Assembly (NCBI GenBank): GCA_937952315.1
Contig: CALFZX010000010.1
Coordinates: 5,047 to 69,046 of the forward strand
Origin: an uncultured bacterium
GTDB lineage: Bacteria; Patescibacteriota; Minisyncoccia; CAIUEV01
Direction of reading: 5' to 3'
DNA length: 64,000 bases
This document shows, one piece after another, positions 38,973 through 48,264 of this stretch. Below the pieces are notes generated by a model. The model searched no databases and had not been told where the DNA came from. It saw only the letters and a program-made list of their open reading frames with translations. Position numbers and translations under genes: made by a program. The number at the start of each line of letters is the position of its first letter. Positions within the stretch are counted from its first letter, which is position 1.

Positions 38973-41900
38973 ATGAAAAATTTCATTACCAACAGTGGGG
39001 CGGATAATCTTAAAGATCGCTTGCTGGAACTAATAAAAAGCAGCGAGGAGTTAAAATTTTTGGTTGGATTCTTCTATTTCTCTGGGATTAGAGAGCTTTA
39101 CGAAGGATTAAAAAAGAAGCCAGATACCGTCATTAAAGTTCTTGTTGGCCTAAATGTTGATCAATCCAATTTTGGCTTAATTGAATTTTCAGAGAAAGAA
39201 CAGTTATCTGATGAGGAAAAAACTTATAAATTCTTTGAATCGATAAAAAAATCTTTAAACAACGAAAGTCTTGATAACCAAGAATTTTATGAACAGGTAA
39301 GATTTTTTATTAAGCTTATTCAAAAAGACAAATTAATTATCCGTAAAACTTTTAAGCCTAATCACTCCAAACTTTATCTTTTTAAGTTGGATGAAAGTCA
39401 AGTAGGTCAAAGAAATTTATTTATTACAGGATCGAGTAATTTAACTAGTGCCGGTCTTTCTACCCAAAATGAATTCAATGTAGAAATAGGCGATTATGGT
39501 TTTGGGGATGCCGAGCAGTATTTTGAAGATCTTTGGCAAGAAGCAGTGAAGATTACCGAATTTGATGATCTTAAAAAGAAACTCGTTCAAGTTATTGAAG
39601 CAGAAACATTAGTAAAAGATATTTCACCATTTGAAGCTTTTTGTTTAGTTTTAAAAACATATCTTGATTCGTTCGAGCAAAAAGAAATTAGCGATTCTTT
39701 GATTAAAATTCTAGAAAAAAATAATTATAAGCCGTATCAATATCAGCTAGATGCGGTTAGGCAAGCATTGGCCATAATAGAAAAAAATAACGGAGTTATT
39801 GTAGCTGATGTAGTCGGTTTGGGAAAAACAATTATTGCCTGTGCCATAGCGAAACAGCTGAAAAAACGCGGGCTGATTGTTTGTCCCCCGGGTCTTATAG
39901 GTGATAGTAACAAAAATTCTGGCTGGAAAAAATATACGGAAGAATTTAGCCTTTATGATTGGGAAGTTCGTTCATCGGGTGATCTGGGGAAAATATTGGA
40001 GTTCGTTAAAAAGGCTACGGACATTGAAGTTATAATAGTTGATGAAGCTCACAGTTTTAGGAATCAAGACACGAAAAACTATGAGCTTCTGAAAAATATT
40101 TGTCGTGGAAAACAAGTGATTTTATTGACTGCCACCCCTTTTAACAACCGTCCAGCGGATATTTTAGCTCTTTTAAAACTTTTTATAACTCCTAAAAAAT
40201 CCTCGATTACATTAGAAAACAATTTGGTTGATCAATTCAAGGGTTTCAAAGGTATGTTTGAGAAGCTTGGGCATATTAGTAAATATTGGAGTTCCACTGA
40301 CGAATCTAAAAGAAATCAAGCTATAAATTATTATAAAGCATTATTCGAAGAAGAAACCGTTGATTTGAAAAAAGTCGCCGTAAGAGCCCGCTATCTTTCT
40401 AAGCAAATTAGAAATGTTATTGAGCCGGTAACAATAAGGCGTAATCGACTTGATTTGCAGAATAATCCTTATTACAAAAATGAAGTCAAAAATCTTGCAA
40501 AAGTGGAAGATCCCATAGAGTGGCCTTTCTATTTAACAGTTGAACAGTCCAGATTTTATGATGAAGTCATAAAAAATTATTTTGGCGAGCCAGAGGAGGG
40601 GGGAAGGTTTAAAGGCTCAATTTACAGACCCTTTGAATACGAAAAAGTTGTTGAGGACAAGATGGGTAAAGATGATAATCGTCAATTTATTCAGCAAAGA
40701 AATTTGTTTGACTTCATGAGACGATTGATCGTGAAACGATTTGAAAGTTCTTTTGGGTCATTTGCGCAAAGCATCAAAAACTTCAAGAAAATTACGGAAA
40801 GTAGTCGAGATTTTATTAAAAAAACCGGAGAGTATATTCTAGATAGAGCACTTTTGGAAAAAATCTATGAATTAGAGGCTGAAGATATTGAAAAATATCT
40901 CTTAGAGTATGAGGAAAAAATAAAAAAAGGTGAATACCCCAAAAACCACAAACGATATAAATTAAGTGCATTTAAGCACAAAAATGCTTTTCTTCGGGAC
41001 ATTGATTCGGATCTAAAATTGTTTGACGAAATATTATCAGAGCTAAACAGAATGAGTCTTATTAAAAATGATCCGAAAACCGCTTGCTTGTTGAAGCACC
41101 TGAAAGAAGAATTAAACAAAAAGCCACAAAAGGATGAGCCAAAAAGAAAAATTATTATTTTTTCTGAATATATTGATACTGTTAAGTATCTTGAAAAAGC
41201 ATTAGAGAAAACATTTGAAGACAGAATTTTAGTAGTAGACGGTGGCTTGTCAGTAGCAAAAATCAATCAAATCAACAAAAATTTTGACGCCTCATACAAT
41301 AGTAAAGAAAATAATTTTGATATTTTATTGACATCCGACAAAATTTCAGAGGGTTTTAACTTGAACAGAGCGGGAATGGTCATTAATTATGACATTCCAT
41401 GGAATCCGGTTCGGGTTATTCAGCGGCTTGGTCGTATCAATCGTATTAGTAAAAAAGTTTTTAATGAGCTTTATATTGTAAACTTCTTTCCGACTGAACA
41501 AGGTGCGACACTGGTTCAATCGCGTGAAATTGCTGCCAACAAAATGTTTTTAATCCACAATACTTTGGGCGAGGATTCAAAAATTTTTAATATCGACGAA
41601 GAACCAACCCCCGCAGGACTTTTTAACCGAATTCAACGAAATCCAGATCAGCAAGAAAAAGAAGGATTTTACACTAAAGCGTTAAACCACTATTTAAAAA
41701 TAAAGAAAGATAATCCGGAGTTGATTGCTGGCTTGAAGAAATATCCTCCAAGAATCAAGGTAGCAAAAATTTACACAGAAAATGAGCTTTTGGTTTTTTT
41801 CAAAAAGGGGAGACTCTATGTCAGTGGAGCAAAAACCGACACGGAAAAGATTGAAATATTTCAAGCAAGCCTTGAAGATGTCTTTGAAAAAATTGTTTGC

Positions 41901-42293
41901 CAATCGAACGAAAAAGCACAAAACTGGAACACAGATCAATTTTGGAAAGCATACGATTCTATCCAAACATACAAAAACTTTCGTTTAGGTTCCGTTAGCG
42001 AACAAAGTCTTGAGTCAAAAGCTCTTAATAGCCTCGATTCTCTTATTTTAAGCAACACAGAAAGTCTTATCCCCCACAAGGATTTTCTGAGAATGTTGAA
42101 AGAAGATATTTTATCATACGGTACATTGGCCGATTATACTTTGCGTCGAATTATCGGATTGAAAGAAAACTCTGTCAAAGAAATTAGGGCATTAAAAAAA
42201 GAATTAGGAGAGGACTATCTAGCCAAAGAAAAGGATCGCCAGAAAGAGCAGAAAAAAGAAGTTATTATCGCTATTAATAATCTTAAAAAATGA
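38973..42293 (+). CDS. SNF2-family helicase with N-terminal PLD-like nuclease domain
   Basis: N-terminal '...NHSKLYLFKLD...ITGSSNLT' matches the HxK...D...GSxN phospholipase-D motif. Helicase motifs: I 'VADVVGLGKTIIA', II 'IVDEAHSFRN', III 'LLTATPFNN', V/VI 'DIPWNPVRVIQRLGRINRIS'. Confidence 0.85.
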   Translation: MKNFITNSGADNLKDRLLELIKSSEELKFLVGFFYFSGIRELYEGLKKKPDTVIKVLVGLNVDQSNFGLIEFSEKEQLSDEEKTYKFFESIKKSLNNESLDNQEFYEQVRFFIKLIQKDKLIIRKTFKPNHSKLYLFKLDESQVGQRNLFITGSSNLTSAGLSTQNEFNVEIGDYGFGDAEQYFEDLWQEAVKITEFDDLKKKLVQVIEAETLVKDISPFEAFCLVLKTYLDSFEQKEISDSLIKILEKNNYKPYQYQLDAVRQALAIIEKNNGVIVADVVGLGKTIIACAIAKQLKKRGLIVCPPGLIGDSNKNSGWKKYTEEFSLYDWEVRSSGDLGKILEFVKKATDIEVIIVDEAHSFRNQDTKNYELLKNICRGKQVILLTATPFNNRPADILALLKLFITPKKSSITLENNLVDQFKGFKGMFEKLGHISKYWSSTDESKRNQAINYYKALFEEETVDLKKVAVRARYLSKQIRNVIEPVTIRRNRLDLQNNPYYKNEVKNLAKVEDPIEWPFYLTVEQSRFYDEVIKNYFGEPEEGGRFKGSIYRPFEYEKVVEDKMGKDDNRQFIQQRNLFDFMRRLIVKRFESSFGSFAQSIKNFKKITESSRDFIKKTGEYILDRALLEKIYELEAEDIEKYLLEYEEKIKKGEYPKNHKRYKLSAFKHKNAFLRDIDSDLKLFDEILSELNRMSLIKNDPKTACLLKHLKEELNKKPQKDEPKRKIIIFSEYIDTVKYLEKALEKTFEDRILVVDGGLSVAKINQINKNFDASYNSKENNFDILLTSDKISEGFNLNRAGMVINYDIPWNPVRVIQRLGRINRISKKVFNELYIVNFFPTEQGATLVQSREIAANKMFLIHNTLGEDSKIFNIDEEPTPAGLFNRIQRNPDQQEKEGFYTKALNHYLKIKKDNPELIAGLKKYPPRIKVAKIYTENELLVFFKKGRLYVSGAKTDTEKIEIFQASLEDVFEKIVCQSNEKAQNWNTDQFWKAYDSIQTYKNFRLGSVSEQSLESKALNSLDSLILSNTESLIPHKDFLRMLKEDILSYGTLADYTLRRIIGLKENSVKEIRALKKELGEDYLAKEKDRQKEQKKEVIIAINNLKK

Positions 42294-43972
42294 TTATTGA
42301 GGATTTAATGAAGATTTTAGCTCAACCTTCTGAAAATGAGAATGTTGAGTTTAAAGAAGCAAAGAATAGTTTTTCAGTACTAGGAAGGGACAATAAACGA
42401 GGTAAAAAAAATCGTAAGTCGATTTATGGCTATTCTGTTGCCATCGGCAACGAAGGTGGCGGACACTTAATCTTAGGAGTTAAGGACAAAATAAATAAAA
42501 AAACCGGTAGACGAGATATCGTTGGCACAAAGGCCATTCAAAACATAACCCAAACCAAAGAAAAATTGTACGAGGCTTTAGGAAGAAGAGTCGAAATTCA
42601 AACCCTAAAGACCCCGGAGGGGACTGTTCAGGTGATAGAAATACCAGCACATCCGGTAGGGGGAACTTTTAAATTTTACAATGTTCCATTGATGAGAAAT
42701 GGTGAAAATCTAGTTCCTATGGATGACGAGACTCTCAAAAAAATATTAACTGAAAATAGAGAAGACTTTTCTGCAAAATTAAATCTCTCAGCAAATTTTG
42801 ATGATTTAGACCCAAAATTACTTAGAATTTTAAAGGACAAGTATATCCTAAAATCGGGGAACAAGGAGCTAAAAGAAGTTTCTCATAAAGATATTTTGCA
42901 AAAATTACTTTTAGTAAGAAAAGATAAAATAACAAATGCTTGTTTGTTGTTAGTAGGAAAAGAAGATTCTTTGGCTAGATTAATTCCCAACCATGAAATA
43001 TTTTTAGAATGGCGTTCAGATGAGCACAAACTTGAATTTGAAAATCGCTACACAACAAGAAAAGCCTATCTATCAGTCGAAGCTGAAATATGGAAATATG
43101 TTAACGCTCGTAATGTTCGCGTTCCTTTTAAACAGGGCTTTTTTGAGATGGATATTTGGGCATACGATAAAAATAGCGTAAGAGAATCGGTTTTGAATGC
43201 TTTTGCTCACAGAGAATATGATAATCGGACAGAGCCTGTCTATGTGCGCTTGTCTCCGAGCAATTTGTCCATAAAAAGTCCCGGAGGTTTTGTCTCCGGT
43301 GTGTCAGTAGAAAATATTTTAGATGTTGAAGGAAAGTGGAGAAATCCATTTTTGATGGATGTACTGAGCCGCATAGGTTTAGTGGAAAGGGCTGGAATCG
43401 GACTGGATCGAATTTACAAAAAAACTATTTCTGATGGAAAGGGTTTGCCGAATTTTGACGGGACTGACAATGATCAAGTTATTTTAAATATTCCCGCCAT
43501 TGTTAAAGATCCCGGCTTTATTTATTATTTAGAAAAAATTAATCAAAAAAACCAGCTTTTTTCATCAACAAAGGATTTTATCGAGTTGGAAAAAATAAGA
43601 GGAACCGGAATCCCTGAGGATAAGAATAGACTAAAATATTTTCTGAAAAACAATATTATAGAGAAAATTAATCATGGCAGGGGTACCAGGTATATCCTAG
43701 CAAAGAATTTTTATGAATTTATTGAGGGTAAAGGCGAATACACAAGAAAAAAATGGCTTAGCAAAGAACAGCAGAAAGAAGTGCTTTTAAATTATTTTAT
43801 TCAGCATAAAGAAGGCAGAATGTCGGACTTCAAGGAGCTTTTTGAGGATAAGTTGAATAAAATTCAAATTAATATTTTACTAAACAAACTCAGAGACGAA
43901 GAAATGATTTATTTCGACGGTAAGGAGAGATCAAGCAAAGCATACTGGCGCTTAAGGAAAAATACAGAGTAA
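42290..43972 (+). CDS. AlbA_2/Schlafen-like putative DNA-binding ATP-binding protein (divergent-AAA / HATPase_c_4-type regulator)
   Basis: N-terminal 'ENVEFKEAK...YSVAIGNEGGGHLILGVKD' matches the AlbA_2 signature. Its start overlaps the upstream stop as ATGA. Confidence 0.6.
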   Translation: MIIEDLMKILAQPSENENVEFKEAKNSFSVLGRDNKRGKKNRKSIYGYSVAIGNEGGGHLILGVKDKINKKTGRRDIVGTKAIQNITQTKEKLYEALGRRVEIQTLKTPEGTVQVIEIPAHPVGGTFKFYNVPLMRNGENLVPMDDETLKKILTENREDFSAKLNLSANFDDLDPKLLRILKDKYILKSGNKELKEVSHKDILQKLLLVRKDKITNACLLLVGKEDSLARLIPNHEIFLEWRSDEHKLEFENRYTTRKAYLSVEAEIWKYVNARNVRVPFKQGFFEMDIWAYDKNSVRESVLNAFAHREYDNRTEPVYVRLSPSNLSIKSPGGFVSGVSVENILDVEGKWRNPFLMDVLSRIGLVERAGIGLDRIYKKTISDGKGLPNFDGTDNDQVILNIPAIVKDPGFIYYLEKINQKNQLFSSTKDFIELEKIRGTGIPEDKNRLKYFLKNNIIEKINHGRGTRYILAKNFYEFIEGKGEYTRKKWLSKEQQKEVLLNYFIQHKEGRMSDFKELFEDKLNKIQINILLNKLRDEEMIYFDGKERSSKAYWRLRKNTE

Positions 43973-44075
43973 CTGTGTTTTTTCGAATAATTTTAATTAT
44001 TTTGGCTTAATAAAGCCAAATGATCAATAACCTAAAATACAGACCAAATACAGTTTTAAAATTAATTAAGAATCA

Positions 44076-47000
44076 ATGAGCGAATCCAGGCAAATTCTAG
44101 AAACTATAATTAATGATTTTTCCGTTGATAAATTTAGCCGGTTTTTTCGGGAAAAAAATCGCAATTTTGTTGTGCGAGAAGAAAATTACACTCGTTACGA
44201 TGATGATAATTTTAAGGATGGATTGAAAATCGGAGAAATAAATTTTTCTGAAATTGAGAAAATTATTGTTTGCTCTTTTAAAGTCAAAAATAGTTTATCT
44301 GAACGATCGGGCAAAAGAGCCCAATATGAAAAAGCTAAAAACATATTAAAATCAAACGAAAATCGCATCTTTTCTGCCGGTATTTTTATTTTTTATGATA
44401 AAGATGGCCACTTCCGCTTTTCTCTTGTCTATCCTGAGAGCATAGGCACAAAAAGACAGTGGAGTCACTTTAAGCGATTTACATATTTTGTTAATAAGGA
44501 ACTAACCAACAAAACTTTTTTGAAGCAGATTGGGGAGAAAAAGATTGAATCCGTTGATGAAATCAAAGAAGCTTTCTCAATCTCCGCGGTTACAAACTTG
44601 TTCTATGATGATTTTTTCAAGATATACGATACGATTATTCAGGAAACAAAAAAAATCAATGATATAGATGACGACAACTTATCGAGAGAATTCGTTCTTC
44701 TTTTTGCCATAAGAACTATTTTTCTCGGCTTTATCCAAAAGAGAAAATGGCTAGGTGGTGACGAAAAATTTATTGAAAATTTTTATAGAGAGTATTCAAG
44801 CTCAAACAAAAAGAACGAATTTTATTCAAACTGGCTCTGTCCTTTATTTTTTGAAGCGCTGAATTCAAGTCCCGGTCATAAAGTTGAGTACGGAAAAAAC
44901 AATTTTTCAAAAGAAACCGAACTGAAATTGCAAATGGCTCCTTTTTTGAATGGCGGGCTTTTTAAGGAAAAAAGAGGCTATGACAATAACGGTTGGATTA
45001 TTCCGGACGAACAGATAAAATCTTTTTTTGAATTTCTTTTTTCGCACAGCTTTACGATAGAAGAAAATGCTCTTGACGATGAGGATCTACAGCTTAATCC
45101 GGAGTTCTTGGGAATTATTTTTGAAAGACTTGTCAACAAAGCTGATGGAGCAGTCTATACACAAAGAATGGAAGTTGATATAATGTGTCGATGGAGCCTA
45201 ATCAAATGGTTAGAAAAAAATCTCGATTCATCCATTAGCAAAAAAAATCTTTATGAACTTTTTTTTAGGGAAAGCGGGGAGGATGAAGATGAGAAAAAAG
45301 GAAGTTTCTCAAAAAAGGAGGCGATGATGATTCTTGAAAAACTGGAGCAACTTTCTATTTGTGATCCGGCGGCGGGATCGGGAGCTTTTCTGGTTGGAAT
45401 GATGCAAGTTTTAGATGAAGTCGAACAATCTTTAAAGGAGCGTTACGGATTAAATGGGAGAAATGTTTTTGAAAGAAAAAAACAAATTATTAAAAACTCT
45501 CTTTACGGTGTCGAAGCCAAAGAATGGGCGGTTTGGATCTGCCAACTAAGGCTTTGGCTTTCTTTGTTTATCGATACGCCCGAAGAAATGAAAAATTCAA
45601 TGGAAGCAATTTTGCCGAGTTTAGATTTCAAGGTTCGAAGAGGCGATTCTTTGGTTCAAAGAGTCGGTTCAAAGAGCTTTCCGGTCGCGGGTAGAAATTT
45701 AAGTTTGAGCACGAATAACAAAATAAAAATAACAAAACTCAGAAAATATAAAATCGATTATTTCGACAATAAAATCAAGCTGCTAAAAAATGATTTCGAT
45801 GTCTGCGCTCACCGCGAATTATCAATCTATGAAAGTATTATTGATGAAGAAATCAAGACAAAAAAAGATGAAATTAAAAAAGAGAAAAATATAAAAATAT
45901 CTGAGACAATGACGCTGCTGCCCTCTTTAGGCTATCTGCAAGAACAACAACAAGCCACTCTTCAATTGGATAATAAAGAAAAAATAGAAAGATTAGAAAA
46001 GGAAATTAAAGACTTACTAGAACAAAAAGAATTATTAAAAAAAGGCAAACCATTGGTTTGGAACATAGAATTCGCTGATATTTTTTGGGGCGATAAGAAA
46101 GGCTTTGATATTGTTATCGGGAACCCTCCCTATGTTCGTCAGGAATCAATTGAAGATCCGATGGGAAAAGTTAAAGATAAAAAAGAGTATAAAAAATATC
46201 TTCAAGAGATGGTACGGCTTGATTTCCCCAATGATTTTCCACCAAAAAAGAAAATCAACGCCCAATCGGATCTTTATACTTATTTTTATATTCGCGGATT
46301 AAAAATTCTTAATTCTCAGGGAGTTCACGCCTTCATCTGCTCCAATTCTTGGTTGGATGTCGGCTACGGAACTTGGCTTCAAGAGTTCTTGCTTAAACGC
46401 TGCCCAGTTGATTTAATTATAGACAATCACGCCAAGCGTAGTTTTGGTGCCGCCGATGTGAACACAATTATTTCGATTATCCATGCTCCTCAAAAAAAAG
46501 TGGATGAAAATCATTTGGTAAAGTTCACGGCCTTCAAAAAACCTTTTGAAAAGGTTATTTTTACGAATAATCTTTTAGAAATAGAAGAGGCTAAGCAAGT
46601 CTTGAACAACGAAAATTTTCGAGTCTATCCGATTTCAATCAAAGATTTGAAGGAGGCGGGAACGGAATATGAAGATAAAACATTGGTTAAGACGGGAAAA
46701 TACGTCGGCGACAAATGGGGCGGTAAATATCTCCGCGCCCCTGATATTTTCTTTACGATTTTGGAAAAAGGAAAGGATAAATTAGTAAAATTAAGGGATG
46801 TGGCGGACGTTCGTTTTGGCATTAAGACTGGTGCCAATGATTTTTTTTATTTGACGAAATCCAAAGCTAAAGAATGGGGAATTGAGGAGGAATTTTTAAA
46901 GCCGGTCATCAAGAGTCCGAGAGAGTGCAAAAGTATTTTAGTCAATCCGAAGGATTTGAAATATAAAATTTTTATGTGTAACAAAAGCAAAGAAGAGCTC

Positions 47001-47594
47001 AAAGGAACAAACGCTTTGAAGTATATTGAGTGGGGAGAGGTGAAGGGCTTTGATGAGCGTCCAAGCTGTGGAAGTAGACGAATGTGGTGGAATTTAGGAC
47101 TGGTTGATTCTAAAATTGTGTACCCATCGACATATAATCCTGTATTTAAAATTTTTTTTAATACAGAAAAATATCCAGTTGATAAAGTATTCTACGGCAT
47201 TGAGTCAAATAAACCAGAGAACTTAATTGTTTCAGTTGTCAGCTATTTATTTACTTTACAAACAGAAGTTTATGGATATGCACTAGTCGGTGGCGGAGGA
47301 TTATTTATGACAGTAGAAAATCTTGGTCGCATCCTTGTTTTTTATGACAAAAAAATAAAAAACGATCCTTCAGTGTATAGTAAGATTCGGAAATCAATCT
47401 TTGAAGAATGTGGAATCGACCCGAAGTCTGAGATTCCGATTGAGGAGCAGGAGCCGAATCCGTTACCTGATCGGGCGGAGTTGGATAAAATTGTTTTTGA
47501 TGCGCTGGGATTAACCACAGAAGAACGCAAAGAAGTTTATCGGGCTGTTTGCCGGTTGGTTTGGAACCGCATCAGTAAGGCGAAGAGTGTATAA
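44076..47594 (+). CDS. Type IIG/Eco57I-family N6-adenine DNA methyltransferase, possibly with N-terminal PD-(D/E)xK endonuclease
   Basis: Motif I 'DPAAGSGAFLVG', 'LYGVEAKEWAVWICQLRLWLSL' (Eco57I/PglX-type), and motif IV 'GNPPYVRQ'. About 500 aa of C-terminal target-recognition-like region. The N-terminal 'DDD...EIEKIIVCSFKVK' may be a nuclease core. Confidence 0.85.
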   Translation: MSESRQILETIINDFSVDKFSRFFREKNRNFVVREENYTRYDDDNFKDGLKIGEINFSEIEKIIVCSFKVKNSLSERSGKRAQYEKAKNILKSNENRIFSAGIFIFYDKDGHFRFSLVYPESIGTKRQWSHFKRFTYFVNKELTNKTFLKQIGEKKIESVDEIKEAFSISAVTNLFYDDFFKIYDTIIQETKKINDIDDDNLSREFVLLFAIRTIFLGFIQKRKWLGGDEKFIENFYREYSSSNKKNEFYSNWLCPLFFEALNSSPGHKVEYGKNNFSKETELKLQMAPFLNGGLFKEKRGYDNNGWIIPDEQIKSFFEFLFSHSFTIEENALDDEDLQLNPEFLGIIFERLVNKADGAVYTQRMEVDIMCRWSLIKWLEKNLDSSISKKNLYELFFRESGEDEDEKKGSFSKKEAMMILEKLEQLSICDPAAGSGAFLVGMMQVLDEVEQSLKERYGLNGRNVFERKKQIIKNSLYGVEAKEWAVWICQLRLWLSLFIDTPEEMKNSMEAILPSLDFKVRRGDSLVQRVGSKSFPVAGRNLSLSTNNKIKITKLRKYKIDYFDNKIKLLKNDFDVCAHRELSIYESIIDEEIKTKKDEIKKEKNIKISETMTLLPSLGYLQEQQQATLQLDNKEKIERLEKEIKDLLEQKELLKKGKPLVWNIEFADIFWGDKKGFDIVIGNPPYVRQESIEDPMGKVKDKKEYKKYLQEMVRLDFPNDFPPKKKINAQSDLYTYFYIRGLKILNSQGVHAFICSNSWLDVGYGTWLQEFLLKRCPVDLIIDNHAKRSFGAADVNTIISIIHAPQKKVDENHLVKFTAFKKPFEKVIFTNNLLEIEEAKQVLNNENFRVYPISIKDLKEAGTEYEDKTLVKTGKYVGDKWGGKYLRAPDIFFTILEKGKDKLVKLRDVADVRFGIKTGANDFFYLTKSKAKEWGIEEEFLKPVIKSPRECKSILVNPKDLKYKIFMCNKSKEELKGTNALKYIEWGEVKGFDERPSCGSRRMWWNLGLVDSKIVYPSTYNPVFKIFFNTEKYPVDKVFYGIESNKPENLIVSVVSYLFTLQTEVYGYALVGGGGLFMTVENLGRILVFYDKKIKNDPSVYSKIRKSIFEECGIDPKSEIPIEEQEPNPLPDRAELDKIVFDALGLTTEERKEVYRAVCRLVWNRISKAKSV

Positions 47595-47740
47595 GATTTG
47601 ATTATCTAATATAATTATCGATTTCAGAGGAATTTAAATTGAATTTGTGAGCTTTAAATTAAAAATAAGATATTGTGTAAAGATCACAAGATTTTTTGTA
47701 AAAACACTTTAGAAAACATTAAACATCTTCTCATGATTCG

Positions 47741-47959
47741 GTGATGCTGAAGTCGGCCGATGTTTTGAGCAATGTGACGGAAATGATCGACGACTACGCG
47801 CGCTATCAGGATGAAGTTTTCGATCGCTTCAGAGGAACCAAAAAAGAGACGATTGCCCATTATTTAAGAGTAATTGAGGCGCTCAATTCGCGGTGGCCGG
47901 GAAATCCGTTGCGTAAAGATTTGGAGCGCGCTACCCGCGAGCTAAGCAGAATCAACTAG
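47741..47959 (+). CDS. Orphan GC-rich small ORF (72 aa), possible gene remnant
   Basis: GC content is roughly 50% by eye, against an AT-rich surrounding. No Shine-Dalgarno or motif. Coding status uncertain. Confidence 0.2.
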   Translation: MMLKSADVLSNVTEMIDDYARYQDEVFDRFRGTKKETIAHYLRVIEALNSRWPGNPLRKDLERATRELSRIN

Positions 47960-48198
47960 AGACCGCAAGAAATCAAGGAAGGAATTGCAAAGCTATGAAA
48001 GAATGCTTTTGTAGGTCTTTCAACCTTCCCAAATCTTTTCTTTGAAGCTAGAAAAACATAAAAACCTCAGGGAATCCAATGTATAATTGGTCAACAGACA
48101 CTCGAAAGCTCAAAAAAAATTACCTTCAATTCCTCCTATGGGAAAATAAGGGGGAAGTATTTTGAGTCAAAAAAGATTATTCATTAAGTTTACTCAAT

Positions 48199-48232
48199 AA
48201 AAAAACCTCTCCGGACCGGGGTCGGGAGAGGC
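48199..48232 (-). terminator. Rho-independent terminator
   Basis: On the minus strand, hairpin 'cctctcccgaccccggtccggagagg' followed by 'ttttttt', 30 nt after the stop of the 163-aa gene. Confidence 0.65.
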
Positions 48233-48264
48233 GAGTAATTGTAGGAAGTCCACGATATTTAATT

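Noticed and set aside
38973-47594. Calling the locus canonical DISARM or BREX
   Set aside because: Hallmark genes are missing: DrmA/DrmB (DUF1998) for DISARM, and BrxC, PglZ and BrxL for BREX. Only partial component similarity exists, so it is reported as a candidate variant or uncharacterised system.
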